Part shown: positions 18,899 through 28,683 of the stretch, in pieces
Layout of the letters: the number at the start of each line of letters is the position of its first letter
Position numbering within the stretch: position 1 is the first letter of the stretch
Assembly: GCA_964629685.1 (NCBI GenBank)
Contig: CAZVTT010000001.1
Location: forward strand, 319,796 to 383,795
From: an uncultured Gammaproteobacteria bacterium
GTDB lineage: Bacteria > Patescibacteriota > Microgenomatia > UBA10105 > UBA927
DNA length: 64,000 nucleotides
Direction of reading: 5' to 3'
Made by a program: the position numbers and the translations under genes
Notes under the pieces: generated by a model
The model's input: the letters and a program-made list of their open reading frames with translations, nothing else
What the model was told of the DNA's origin: nothing
Databases searched by the model: none

Positions 18899-20269
18899 TT
18901 ATTTTACGGCAGGCTTTTGACTATTGGTTTGTCCCGAGATTGTATGATGGTATTGTATTGAGAACGTTCCATCGTTATGTATGAAAAATGCCCGAAGCGG
19001 AAATTCCGGAAAGTCCTTTACCATTTGTGAAGGAGAGAATATGGCATCGCCTATATACCATGGGAATGGGGAATTATTTGGATTATAAAGCCTGACTATA
19101 TCCCGATTATCGGAGTAGTATATTGTTTCGAATAATAAGAGTGGCGTTTCAACCAGGATCATATCCTGAGGCTTTTTTACCATGTTTATTTCTTTCACCG
19201 TTTGTCGGATGTTCAGCTTTAGGTGTTGCCCGGGATACCAGATATTAACACCTATAACAAATAAAAGCAGACCCGCGGCAACCAGTTTCTGGATTTTAGC
19301 GTTTTGAATTGCCTCGATACTTAAAGCGAGAAGAATAATTTCTCCAATCGTTACCGGAAGTACATATCTATTTACGAAAAGCGGTTTTATAAACGAGATG
19401 CCTATGGTAACTATTAGGGGAACAAATATTACAATAAAGAAGAGTAGATTTCGATTACGGGTTTTTGGGGATTTTAAGCTCAAAACGAAGAGCAGAAGGA
19501 ATATAACCGAAATTATTGTCGTGTATCTCCAGAGAAACCAGGGAGTGCCTTCATACCCAATAAACATGTTTCCCAGAACCGATTTAATAAGCTGAAAATC
19601 CACGGGAAAATACCAGGATTCTTTTAGGCGGGATGCTTGTTGCAGAATGAGATAAAGCCAGGGAGAAATACAAAGTGCGAGAATAATATTTGCTTTAACA
19701 AATGTATCGTTAAGTATTTTTATCAGACGAAGTTTCGGGTAAATAAGATCTTTATGTGTAATAAAGTAGTGAACCATGAGCGAGAGTGGCAGAATGAGAA
19801 AAAAGCTGTGAGTATAAAATCCGGCAACGAGTCCCAGTATAAATACCGGCCACTTCCTTTCCCAGTAGGCAAACAACGTTAATGTAGTAAAGAATGTATA
19901 CCATCCGTATGTACGTATCTCGAATGCGTAATAAAGCAGCATCGGATTGAGGAAGAAAAAAATCGGCAGAAATATATTGAGCCAGTGCTTTTTGAACAAG
20001 CGTTCAGCCCATAAAATCATTACTACGGTAGCAAGGCAGAATCCCAGTGTTGAAAGCGAGCGTGCTGCTATTTCACTATTTCCAAATAGTTTCATCCAGA
20101 AATGCAGGAGTACGTAGTATAGTGGTGGTTCAAATGTTAGTTTTCCGATAAAGAAGGACAGCGGACGTTCTGCTACTAAAATTGAAAATGCTTCATCTCT
20201 CCAAATGCTTTGGGTTAGGTAAATAATTGGGGAGTGCTGAATTATATATTGGATGACGGAATTACCCAT
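18899..20269 (-). CDS. GT-C fold membrane glycosyltransferase (GT39/PMT-like)
   Basis: SIWRDEAFS, EPPLYY.LLHFW, E.AARSLS, EIRTY motifs; multiple TMs. Confidence 0.85.
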   Translation of the reverse strand: MGNSVIQYIIQHSPIIYLTQSIWRDEAFSILVAERPLSFFIGKLTFEPPLYYVLLHFWMKLFGNSEIAARSLSTLGFCLATVVMILWAERLFKKHWLNIFLPIFFFLNPMLLYYAFEIRTYGWYTFFTTLTLFAYWERKWPVFILGLVAGFYTHSFFLILPLSLMVHYFITHKDLIYPKLRLIKILNDTFVKANIILALCISPWLYLILQQASRLKESWYFPVDFQLIKSVLGNMFIGYEGTPWFLWRYTTIISVIFLLLFVLSLKSPKTRNRNLLFFIVIFVPLIVTIGISFIKPLFVNRYVLPVTIGEIILLALSIEAIQNAKIQKLVAAGLLLFVIGVNIWYPGQHLKLNIRQTVKEINMVKKPQDMILVETPLLLFETIYYSDNRDIVRLYNPNNSPFPWYIGDAIFSPSQMVKDFPEFPLRAFFIHNDGTFSIQYHHTISGQTNSQKPAVK

Positions 20270-20289
20270 GATGTTGCCCCTTATCAGTA

Positions 20290-21771
20290 TTATACCTTTT
20301 CAGTGACACGGTATTCCAGCCGTTTACCGAGCATTAGTCTTGTATGTGCATCTAATCCGGGTAAAGCAGAGAGTAAAAATGAAATTACGGGAAGAGTCAG
20401 CCATTGTAAATAAAGGAAGGGTAACTTCCAGGCTGCCATTTCTTTTGGTTTCGGTGGCTTTATCCGCCAATCAATGATAAATACTACAATAAGAAAGATC
20501 GTTGATATGGTAAGAATTGTAGAAGATATTCGGGACAGGTTATGTCCAAGTGCCGTTCGGCCAAAAGCCGGATTAATAAGTGGGGGAACAGTACTTCCGA
20601 TAGTAAGTAAAAACCAGTTTGCCGGCCAGAAAACGTGGTGTTCTAACAGCATGACAACCCGTCTCACCCTGTCTCCCAACGGAATCCATGAGTTAAGAAC
20701 TATTCCTCTGATTACAAATGGGATATCCGAGACACCCCATGCCCAGCGTTTGGATTGTTCATATTGATTTATCATCGTCCGGAGGAAACCATGGCTTTCT
20801 GCTGCGTCTACAAGGATCGGTAAAAAAATACTTTTTGTCATTACGTTCTTTCCATAAGTAAAATACACTTTAAAAAACATATGGTAGTCTTCGGGAATAA
20901 CATCTACACCCCAATATCCTGCCTTTACTGCTGTAGAGAGTGAAAGCGAGTAGGTTGAAAAGTTAATTAACCTTCCTGTTTGTGAAAGGCTGGCTAAATT
21001 CCATATGCTGTTAACTATGCTTAGAAATCTGTTAGGTAAAGGAATCCTCCAAATATTCGAATAGAACAGGATTGCGCCCTGATAGAAGTGGAATTCTCGT
21101 TCAGGATCAGTCAGAAAACTTACCGTAAGTGCTGAAAAATACTTTGGATGAATGAGAGCGTCCGCATCACATGATGTTACCGTAACAGCATCCAGCGGAA
21201 TACTTTTTTGGTTCAAATATTGAACAAGCTCTTTAGCCGCCCATGCCATATTGGAGGATTTTCCGGCTACTTCGTTTACTTGAAGTTGGTGGCTGGTGAC
21301 AAGAAATTTTCCGAATTGGGAAGAATATTCTTTTTCCAATATTTGTCCGGTTTCCTCCGATGTTTCATCTTTACTTTCCGTGGCCAGAACAAGAATAATA
21401 CGTTCTTTTGGAAAATCCTGTTTAACCAGGTTATCGAGAGTCCTGCGTAAAATATGAATCGGTTCTTTGTATTCAGGAACGATAATCGCGTGATATACCT
21501 GTGAGAATTCAGGGAGTTTCTTTGCCTGTTCAAGCCAATCCACTCTAATATGTGCGTTCATGGTTATATATGACCGAACTGCGGAAATAGCCAGTTGAAA
21601 GGATTTATAGAACCAGTACACATTAAAGCTGATAATGAGGTAGGCGACTAATGCGGGATGCCAGAACGATAACCATAAAGGCATGGTGATTAGCACCCAG
21701 GACATGAGCGGTATAAGTATCTCCAGAAGTCTTTGGGCTTTATGCGGGTAGCGTGTAAAAAGGACTTTCAT
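20290..21771 (-). CDS. Membrane GT2 family glycosyltransferase
   Basis: PEYKE, GKSSN, DAD, PED, Q..RWAWG motifs with flanking TMs. Confidence 0.88.
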   Translation of the reverse strand: MKVLFTRYPHKAQRLLEILIPLMSWVLITMPLWLSFWHPALVAYLIISFNVYWFYKSFQLAISAVRSYITMNAHIRVDWLEQAKKLPEFSQVYHAIIVPEYKEPIHILRRTLDNLVKQDFPKERIILVLATESKDETSEETGQILEKEYSSQFGKFLVTSHQLQVNEVAGKSSNMAWAAKELVQYLNQKSIPLDAVTVTSCDADALIHPKYFSALTVSFLTDPEREFHFYQGAILFYSNIWRIPLPNRFLSIVNSIWNLASLSQTGRLINFSTYSLSLSTAVKAGYWGVDVIPEDYHMFFKVYFTYGKNVMTKSIFLPILVDAAESHGFLRTMINQYEQSKRWAWGVSDIPFVIRGIVLNSWIPLGDRVRRVVMLLEHHVFWPANWFLLTIGSTVPPLINPAFGRTALGHNLSRISSTILTISTIFLIVVFIIDWRIKPPKPKEMAAWKLPFLYLQWLTLPVISFLLSALPGLDAHTRLMLGKRLEYRVTEKV

Positions 21772-21817
21772 AACTGCGTTATGCTTTAATTATAGCATGC
21801 TAAAGCCCTATATTCGT

Positions 21818-22513
21818 CTATCGGACGTCGGGAAAACCAATGCGGTTTGCTTTGCGAAAAATAAAGTACAGTAAGAATGCTTTGAATACTCTCGTGAACA
21901 TGCCAACACCTTCGTTTCCTCGTCTTCCTGAGCTGATTACAACCAGATCTTGTCGGAAAATAACCCTCCCTGCACCTTTTAGTCTTCTGACCATCTCTAT
22001 GTCTTCTGCAATTTTGAAATCTATCGGGAACCCACCGACCTGTAATGCTTTCTCTCTCCAAAAAGCCATATTTTGACCGGGTGCCATCGTAATGCCGATC
22101 CAGAAGTAGAGTTGGTTAAAAATTGGTTGGAGAACGTTAATATAAAATCTGTACGGCCACCATCCGTCCGGAACACGAAACGTACCGTAGACACATGAAA
22201 TATTAGGAAGCGTTAAGTATTTTTCTACTTTGTTGAGCCAGTCCTTCGGTACGGTCGTGTCAGCATCGGTGAATGCCACGATATCACCAGTTGCGGCTTC
22301 TAAGCCTTTTTGTCTGGCATACCCTATACCCTTATGGGCGACGACGACTACTTTTGCACCGGCTTTTTCGGCAATTTGGACCGTTTTATCTGTTGAACTG
22401 CCATCTACCACTATAATTTCATCAGGCATACGCAGCAATTGGTGCAGTGAAGTAATTGTGGTCAGTAAATATTTTTCTTCGTTATAGGCCGGGATAATTA
22501 CGGATATTTTCAT
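21818..22513 (-). CDS. Soluble GT2 family glycosyltransferase
   Basis: ISVIIPAYNEE, VVDGSSTD.T, FTDAD, GGF, ED motifs. Confidence 0.92.
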   Translation of the reverse strand: MKISVIIPAYNEEKYLLTTITSLHQLLRMPDEIIVVDGSSTDKTVQIAEKAGAKVVVVAHKGIGYARQKGLEAATGDIVAFTDADTTVPKDWLNKVEKYLTLPNISCVYGTFRVPDGWWPYRFYINVLQPIFNQLYFWIGITMAPGQNMAFWREKALQVGGFPIDFKIAEDIEMVRRLKGAGRVIFRQDLVVISSGRRGNEGVGMFTRVFKAFLLYFIFRKANRIGFPDVR

Positions 22514-22574
22514 AGTGCTATTTATAAGCCTACCAGAATGGGTTTATAAAAGAAAACATTACGAACAGTCCTCC

Positions 22575-23351
22575 TCAGATTCTTTCGGATAAGTTGAAAA
22601 GTGATTGAGCATTTTTAGTGGTAATTTCTGCAATAGTTTGCAATTCGGTGTTTTTTAACTTTGCCAGTATTTCCGCAATTAACGGGATGTACTTGGGTTC
22701 ATTCCTGGTACCGCGATGCGGAATTGGCGTAAGAAAAGGGGAATCTGTTTCTAACAATAACATGGAAAGCGGAATTTCCGGCACGATTGACTGTAAATGT
22801 TTGGAAAATGTGAGGTTACCGTCTATTCCGATAAAGAATCCTCGTTGTTGGGCAAATCTGATTTCCTGTAATCCACCGGAAAAACAATGGATTACTCCCC
22901 TCGGAAGACTAGAGACGCTGTCTATTGTGTCAAAAAAGTCTTCGAAAGCATCCCTACAGTGGCAAATGACAGGCAGATTGTGTTGAATAGCAAACTCGAG
23001 TTGCTCAGCGAAAAGTCGCTTCTGATTAGTTTTTTTCCCGGCCGCTACTTCATTTTTATATAAGTGATAATCTAAACCGCATTCTCCTACGGCTACAACA
23101 TGTGATCCCAATAATGACGCTAAGCTATGTATATCCGGAAGCTCCTGAGCCTCGTATGGGTGAAATCCGATCGCGGAAAAGATAGTATTCGGATTCTCTT
23201 TCGCAAGTGACACACTTATTTTTGATGACAAGGAGTCTACTCCGGGAATAATAAATTGTTTCACCCCGGCTTTTTTTGCGTTGCCAATGACCATTGCGCG
23301 GTCATCGTTATAATTCTCAAAATTAAGGTGACAATGTGTATCTATAAACAT
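22575..23351 (-). CDS. tatD: TatD family DNase
   Basis: IDTHCHL, GFHP, VGECGLDY, HCR, HCFSG, LETDSPFL.P.PHRG.RNEP. Confidence 0.95.
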   Translation of the reverse strand: MFIDTHCHLNFENYNDDRAMVIGNAKKAGVKQFIIPGVDSLSSKISVSLAKENPNTIFSAIGFHPYEAQELPDIHSLASLLGSHVVAVGECGLDYHLYKNEVAAGKKTNQKRLFAEQLEFAIQHNLPVICHCRDAFEDFFDTIDSVSSLPRGVIHCFSGGLQEIRFAQQRGFFIGIDGNLTFSKHLQSIVPEIPLSMLLLETDSPFLTPIPHRGTRNEPKYIPLIAEILAKLKNTELQTIAEITTKNAQSLFNLSERI

Positions 23352-23368
23352 GCATTAAATGGATTCTA

Positions 23369-24835
23369 TTATTTCGTTTGGATACGCGGAAAAAGGGGTT
23401 TGTTTGAAAAGGGTTCTTTTCCGGTAAATTGACGAATGAGTTTGGCTGATGTCGATGGCAAGAACGGCTGTAATGAATCAACCACTTCCAGAAATGAATC
23501 AAGTTCTTTCGTTCCCATAAGTATATCTGAAATAGTAACGGAAAATTCCGCAGGGTTTTGCTCCCAGGGCTTCGTATCATTTATATATTTGTCTATATTT
23601 TTAATTTTTGACCAAAGTATTCCCAATGCTTCGTTAAATTTGTATTGTTCAATGAGAGGAGAAACAGTCTCAAATACGTTATTCGGTTGAGCAATTTTAA
23701 ATTTATCGAGCTGAATGTTGTTGTTCTGAATTAATTTTGCCAAGCGGGAGGATAAATTTCCTAATCCATTTGCAAGGTCAGCATTATATAATTCCGCGAA
23801 ACGGCGTTCTGAAAAATCGCCATCTGCAAAAGGCGGAATTTCCCGTAAAAAATAATAACGGAGAGCATCTGCTCCGTTTTCATATTTTTGAATTAACTCG
23901 ATGGGATCTACGACATTTCCTAATGTTTTACTCATTTTCTGACCGTTTACCGTGAAATATCCGTGTACAAATAGGGATTTTGGAAGTTTTAGATTTGCCG
24001 AAAGCAAAAAAGCGGGCCAGTATACCGCATGGAAACGTGATATACCTTTACCGATAACGTGAATATCTGCTGGCCACCATTTGTTGTATGTTTCATTGTT
24101 CCAACCGAAACCTATCCCTGACTGATAAATGTTTAGAGCATCGAACCAGACATACATACGTTGTGTACTGTCCGTAGGAACAGGAACTCCCCAATTTCTT
24201 GCCCGCTCGTTTGATCTTGAAATAGATATATCCTGCAGGGGTTGTTTTAAAAAGGAGAGTACTTCATTCTTTCGCACTTCCGGATCAATTTTTAACGTGT
24301 CAGTACGTATAAGTTCGACAAGTTGTTGTTGATATTTTGAGAGTTTAAAAAAATAGTTTTCTTCTTTAACGGTTTCTAATTTTTTCCCTGGATGCTCGAA
24401 GCATTCACCCTGATCATTTAATTCTTCCGGTGCATAAAACGCTTCACACCCCAGACAATACAAACCTTCATATGATTTTTTGTAAATGTCTCCTTTGGCA
24501 TCACATAAATTCCAAAGTTGTTGACTTGATGGATAATGGGTTTCCTGATTACTGCCTTTTTGCCAGACATCATATTGGCAAAACAGTTTTTTCGTGAGTT
24601 CAAAAAATAACTGATTATTTTCGTCAATAAAGTTTTGTACTGGTTTTCCGGCTTTTTCTGCTGCCTGGACGTTCTTTAGCGCATTTTCATCACCTCCACA
24701 CAACATGCATACATCGTATCCTTTTAATTTATAATACCTAGCAATCAGGTCGGTTTGAACAAACTCCAGTGCATGACCAATGTGAGGCTTTGCGTTAACA
24801 TAAGGGATGGCACTGGTGATATAGAATTTGTTCAT
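23369..24835 (-). CDS. metG: Methionyl-tRNA synthetase (short form without C-terminal OB domain)
   Basis: YVNAKPHIGH (HIGH), YVWFDAL, KMSKT, NADLAN.LGNL. Confidence 0.96.
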   Translation of the reverse strand: MNKFYITSAIPYVNAKPHIGHALEFVQTDLIARYYKLKGYDVCMLCGGDENALKNVQAAEKAGKPVQNFIDENNQLFFELTKKLFCQYDVWQKGSNQETHYPSSQQLWNLCDAKGDIYKKSYEGLYCLGCEAFYAPEELNDQGECFEHPGKKLETVKEENYFFKLSKYQQQLVELIRTDTLKIDPEVRKNEVLSFLKQPLQDISISRSNERARNWGVPVPTDSTQRMYVWFDALNIYQSGIGFGWNNETYNKWWPADIHVIGKGISRFHAVYWPAFLLSANLKLPKSLFVHGYFTVNGQKMSKTLGNVVDPIELIQKYENGADALRYYFLREIPPFADGDFSERRFAELYNADLANGLGNLSSRLAKLIQNNNIQLDKFKIAQPNNVFETVSPLIEQYKFNEALGILWSKIKNIDKYINDTKPWEQNPAEFSVTISDILMGTKELDSFLEVVDSLQPFLPSTSAKLIRQFTGKEPFSNKPLFPRIQTK

Positions 24836-24844
24836 AGAGTAATT

Positions 24845-25225
24845 TTACTGGTTTTTCAGGTAGAGCTCAAGCGAAAAGAGAGTTGCGACAAGCAAAATGA
24901 CGTATGAGGGTTCCCGTAAATTTAATGCTCTCAGAGATAAAATTATTACAATACCAAGTGTAATCAGTGTTGTTTGCCTTATGTTTACAGTACTGAAATA
25001 AACTATACACCATATCGATAAGCCAGTTAGGAATAACATAAATACAATAAGGGTTGGCGTGTTTGGTTGGTACGAGTTAATCAACCATCCGAGAGTACTG
25101 AAAGCAACTACACTGACAAAAAGTAAAATAAACGGTCGATTTTTTTGATGTAGAATCCGTTGTATGCGTTCTCGCATGGTTATTGTATGTAGATTCATTG
25201 TACGGACTAGCACCTCATAGTACAA
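24845..25225 (-). CDS. Four-TM hypothetical membrane protein
   Basis: Four hydrophobic segments, co-oriented 9 bp upstream of metG; start uncertain. Confidence 0.7.
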   Translation of the reverse strand: MYYEVLVRTMNLHTITMRERIQRILHQKNRPFILLFVSVVAFSTLGWLINSYQPNTPTLIVFMLFLTGLSIWCIVYFSTVNIRQTTLITLGIVIILSLRALNLREPSYVILLVATLFSLELYLKNQ

Positions 25226-25249
25226 TGATTTGGGATTTTGGAGGAATGT

Positions 25250-26104
25250 ATGTATAAAAAAGCATTTTATTCAATGGTAATTGTTACTGTCCTATGTCTA
25301 CTTGCATTTTCAGAGAAAGTTTCCGCTCATGGATCAGGTCCACCATATGTAAAAGTGAACATGCTCTATGCTCAGACAAATCCTTTAACTACGTACACTA
25401 CGCCCACGAAGTTCCGCGTCGGCGCTGATTTGGCATCGCCGTCGGCCTTTTTGGTAAATAAGCAGATTATATTTGAAATAGATGAACAATTTTTCCCGAA
25501 CCCATATAGGTTTGCCGCAAATCCCTTGGGTGGAATTGCGGTCCCCAGTAAAGAACAGATAACTCCTGAATTTCAGTGGGATTTTGATGATGGAAGTCAG
25601 CTTGTATCCGGTGGCAAAGTTACGCATATATATACAAAACCCGGGACATATATTGTAAATATTCTGGTTAAATTTCCGGGTAAAACGCAGGAATATTCCG
25701 GCGTAAATAGCGTTCAGTTAAATGTCGTGCCAACAGAGGACTATATCCTTCCTGAAGCGATTATTCGTGTGGATCAAACGGTAATTGCTAACCCTACCAG
25801 AGATGTTCAGGAAATATCACCCGGAAAACAAATTCGGTTTAGTGGAGAATCTTCACGCGGACAAATTGTAAAATATCTGTGGGATTTTGCTGACGGATCT
25901 GAATACAGCGATAAAGAAGTTTCCAAGCGGTTCAAATACGATGATTATTTCCCTATATTTCCGGTTTTGCGGGTACTTGATCAGAATGGAATTGCCAGTG
26001 ATACCTTTGTGTTCCTGGATACCCCTTTGGAAAATCCCAATCCGGTTATGCGGTTATGGCTACGGCTGCGTGACGCGTTGAGTTCTCTGTGGGATCGTAC
26101 ATAG
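25250..26104 (+). CDS. Secreted PKD-domain protein with mature N-terminal His
   Basis: Signal peptide ending VSA|HGSG; two PKD-like WDF.DGS motifs (THIYTKPGTY); SD GGAGG before ATG 25250. Confidence 0.82.
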   Translation: MYKKAFYSMVIVTVLCLLAFSEKVSAHGSGPPYVKVNMLYAQTNPLTTYTTPTKFRVGADLASPSAFLVNKQIIFEIDEQFFPNPYRFAANPLGGIAVPSKEQITPEFQWDFDDGSQLVSGGKVTHIYTKPGTYIVNILVKFPGKTQEYSGVNSVQLNVVPTEDYILPEAIIRVDQTVIANPTRDVQEISPGKQIRFSGESSRGQIVKYLWDFADGSEYSDKEVSKRFKYDDYFPIFPVLRVLDQNGIASDTFVFLDTPLENPNPVMRLWLRLRDALSSLWDRT

Positions 26105-27681
26105 TGCTTATGATACTTGGATGGTTTATCCCTTTGTTGGCAATTGTTACTACAGCTGCAGTCGCGATTTTTTCAAAGAAACTGCATCCTTTTTCCAGTG
26201 CGATGCCGGCAAAAGCTGTAGTTGTACTTCCTTACGTCAGAAGATTTGTTTATGGTGTGGTTCTCCTGTGGGTCGCCGGTGTATATATGTATGCTGTTTA
26301 TATGTTCCCTACAGAGGCGGCTTCCTGGAGATTGATGACGCGGGTTTTCGGTTTTAGCGCACTTGCTTTAGTATATATAACACTTGTCCCCGGGCTTGTG
26401 CGTATATATTTCCCCGGTTTTCCGTTCACTCCGATATTCGTCCATGCGCGCAGAGCTCTGGGTGTAAGCGTTTTTCTTTTTGGAGTTTTGCATGGTGCAT
26501 TAGGTTTTATATTTAATCTTACGGGGTCAATCAATGCATTTTTTTTCCTGGCGTTGCAACATCAGCTAGCATTACTATCAAGCGGGATTGCATTATTTAT
26601 ATTCACTTTGCTTACATTAACATCAACGGATTATGCCGTTCGTTTATTGGGTAAGCGTTGGAAATGGCTGCACAGGTGGGTTTACGTGGCAGCTATCTGC
26701 ACAGTATTCCATGCATTCTTGATTGGATCGCACTTTGTGAGCGGAAAGTCGTTTATTCCCGTGGTTGTTAATTTCATAACATTAGTTTTTATTTTGCTGG
26801 AAACCGGTGCTACCTGGAAAAGAATAAGTAGTACAAATTCGACTTTCGTACGAAAGCGGTTGGTTGCGGCAGGCTTGATTTTCATATCGGTGGCGGCAAT
26901 CGGAATAAGTTCATGGTCGGTATCCCTTGCCTATGATCCACATTCCCGTCACAGGCAAGGGTATAGTAAAGACTATTCGGTAGAAATGATAACTGCACCC
27001 GCAGAGATAAAACCAAATAGTCCTTTAACCCTTACATTTAGTATTACTGATAAGCGAACCGGTAAGAGAGTAGAGAAGTTTAGGATTATTCAGGAAAAGT
27101 TAATGCATGTCATTGTGTTATCGAAAGATTTGACATACTACGATCATATTCACCCTGAATACCTGGGCAACGGAACGTTTTCCGTAACAACTATGTTGCC
27201 GAAAGAAGGTACATATCAATTGTATATCGAGTATTCTCCTCCGGATTTTTTTGAAAATGTAACTATTGTTTCTCTTAAGACTAATGGTGCTCAAAGTGCG
27301 GACGACGCTCATATATCCGTGGGAGCATTTGATAAACACTTTGCATCGCGCTACCAGGTTAAATTAAGTCCTGAAGGACCATTTAGAAAGAATGAGTCTG
27401 TAGATTTTATTTACACGCTTTCCGACGATAAAACGGGAAAACCTCTGGATACGCTAGAGCCGTATTTAGGTGCGTTTGGTCATTTAGCTATGGTCAGCGA
27501 AGATGGATTAACCTATGTTCACGTGCATCCGGTCGATATTCCTACGATTGGACAAACGGTTGGTGGCCCTTCCGTTCGGTTTAATACCTATTTTCCTAAA
27601 GCCGGAAAATACAAACTGTTCGCGCAATTTCAACATGAAGGTAAGTTATTCGTAACAGATTTTGTAGTGGAGGCTAAATGA
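26089..27681 (+). CDS. Ferric reductase-like (MsrQ/YedZ) membrane domain fused to two His-rich extracytoplasmic domains
   Basis: RRALG, LHG, LTLTS.D....LG.RWKWLHRWVY.......H heme-ligand motifs; C-terminal MHVIV...YDHIHP and GHLAMVS....YVHVHP repeats. Confidence 0.85.
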   Translation: MGSYIVLMILGWFIPLLAIVTTAAVAIFSKKLHPFSSAMPAKAVVVLPYVRRFVYGVVLLWVAGVYMYAVYMFPTEAASWRLMTRVFGFSALALVYITLVPGLVRIYFPGFPFTPIFVHARRALGVSVFLFGVLHGALGFIFNLTGSINAFFFLALQHQLALLSSGIALFIFTLLTLTSTDYAVRLLGKRWKWLHRWVYVAAICTVFHAFLIGSHFVSGKSFIPVVVNFITLVFILLETGATWKRISSTNSTFVRKRLVAAGLIFISVAAIGISSWSVSLAYDPHSRHRQGYSKDYSVEMITAPAEIKPNSPLTLTFSITDKRTGKRVEKFRIIQEKLMHVIVLSKDLTYYDHIHPEYLGNGTFSVTTMLPKEGTYQLYIEYSPPDFFENVTIVSLKTNGAQSADDAHISVGAFDKHFASRYQVKLSPEGPFRKNESVDFIYTLSDDKTGKPLDTLEPYLGAFGHLAMVSEDGLTYVHVHPVDIPTIGQTVGGPSVRFNTYFPKAGKYKLFAQFQHEGKLFVTDFVVEAK

Positions 27682-28244
27682 AAAGAGCGTTTTTTCCTGT
27701 ATGTATAACTTTCTTTATGCTGCTTTTATTTCCACCCTATGCTTTCGCGCACATATTGAAAGTCGACGGGAAAATCGGTGTAACCGTGCATATTGACCCT
27801 GACGATCAGCCAGTAGCCGGAAAAGAAAGTAAAATATTTGTTGATATTCAGGATCAGAGTGGCAGGTTTAATCCCAGTAATCCCGAATCTTGCGATTGTT
27901 TTATTACTATAACATCCGAAGGGAAAAAAATGGCATCGATGTCTTTAGTTTCCGGAGGCACTTATGCTCAACTTAGGTATACCTTTCCTAAAGCCGGTGA
28001 ATATTTGTTAACTATAGACGGAAACCCCAATGGTACCGGTAAAGTATTTCAATCGTTTCATACGGAGTTTGAGTATTATGCTATGGGGGATACCCAAAAT
28101 CGGACGCAATCGGAAAATCCACTGAGAAATTATAGTCCATTAGTAATACTTATTGTCGGTATAGGATTAGTGTTGCTTGTCTTCATCCCTATGAATTCTC
28201 CCCGGACTTCCACTAAAGTTGACAAAGTGCGGAAGCGTGTGTAA
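27678..28244 (+). CDS. Secreted, C-terminally anchored Ig-like protein with mature N-terminal His
   Basis: Signal peptide ending AFA|HILK, VHIDPDDQP, CDC, C-terminal TM; ATGA overlap with the upstream gene. Confidence 0.8.
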   Translation: MKRAFFPVCITFFMLLLFPPYAFAHILKVDGKIGVTVHIDPDDQPVAGKESKIFVDIQDQSGRFNPSNPESCDCFITITSEGKKMASMSLVSGGTYAQLRYTFPKAGEYLLTIDGNPNGTGKVFQSFHTEFEYYAMGDTQNRTQSENPLRNYSPLVILIVGIGLVLLVFIPMNSPRTSTKVDKVRKRV

Positions 28245-28247
28245 GGT
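28219..28247 (+). promoter_or_regulatory. Sigma70-type promoter
   Basis: TTGACA (28219-28224) - 17 nt - TAAGGT (28242-28247). Confidence 0.6.
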
Positions 28248-28269
28248 GTATTACAATTCTACTGCAGGT

Positions 28270-28629
28270 ATGATAAACATTAGAAGTTTCTTTTATTCTC
28301 ATCGCTATAGCATCTCCCTGATGATCAGTATATTTATGTTCGGATCGGTGTTATCAACTATATTTCGGGTAAACCCTTTCTCCTCACGAATTGTTTCGGT
28401 TGACTGTATTCAGCCGCTCCCTGCGTGTTCACAGCAAAAATGGTGGTTAATGGCCATTGCTCTGTGTGTACCATTCACATTCCTAGCAGGGATACTACAC
28501 AAGCGGAATAATACCTCACGTACCTATGTCGTAAAAAGACGTGTTCTCTACACTCAATTTACGCAGGTAAATAATGTATTTATAACTATAATCAGACGTG
28601 GGTTAACTCAGCCACTGCTGTATTCGTAA
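28270..28629 (+). CDS. Small two-TM Cys-containing ORF, candidate leader peptide of ycnI
   Basis: ATG 28270 follows the promoter; 119 aa fill the gap; two hydrophobic segments flank DCIQPLPAC. Confidence 0.55.
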   Translation: MINIRSFFYSHRYSISLMISIFMFGSVLSTIFRVNPFSSRIVSVDCIQPLPACSQQKWWLMAIALCVPFTFLAGILHKRNNTSRTYVVKRRVLYTQFTQVNNVFITIIRRGLTQPLLYS

Positions 28630-28683
28630 AACAACTTCGTTTCTCCGTTTTTTTTGAATCCATATCGAAAGGAGGTGAGTAAA

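Noticed and set aside
25226-25249. Fur/Zur operator upstream of the metal cluster
   Set aside because: No convincing palindrome found by eye, so regulation by the adjacent Fur-family protein remains unshown
26089-27681. MsrPQ methionine-repair system linked to msrA
   Set aside because: No msrP molybdoenzyme gene nearby; the fusion partner and neighbours point to metal handling, and msrA is 25 kb away
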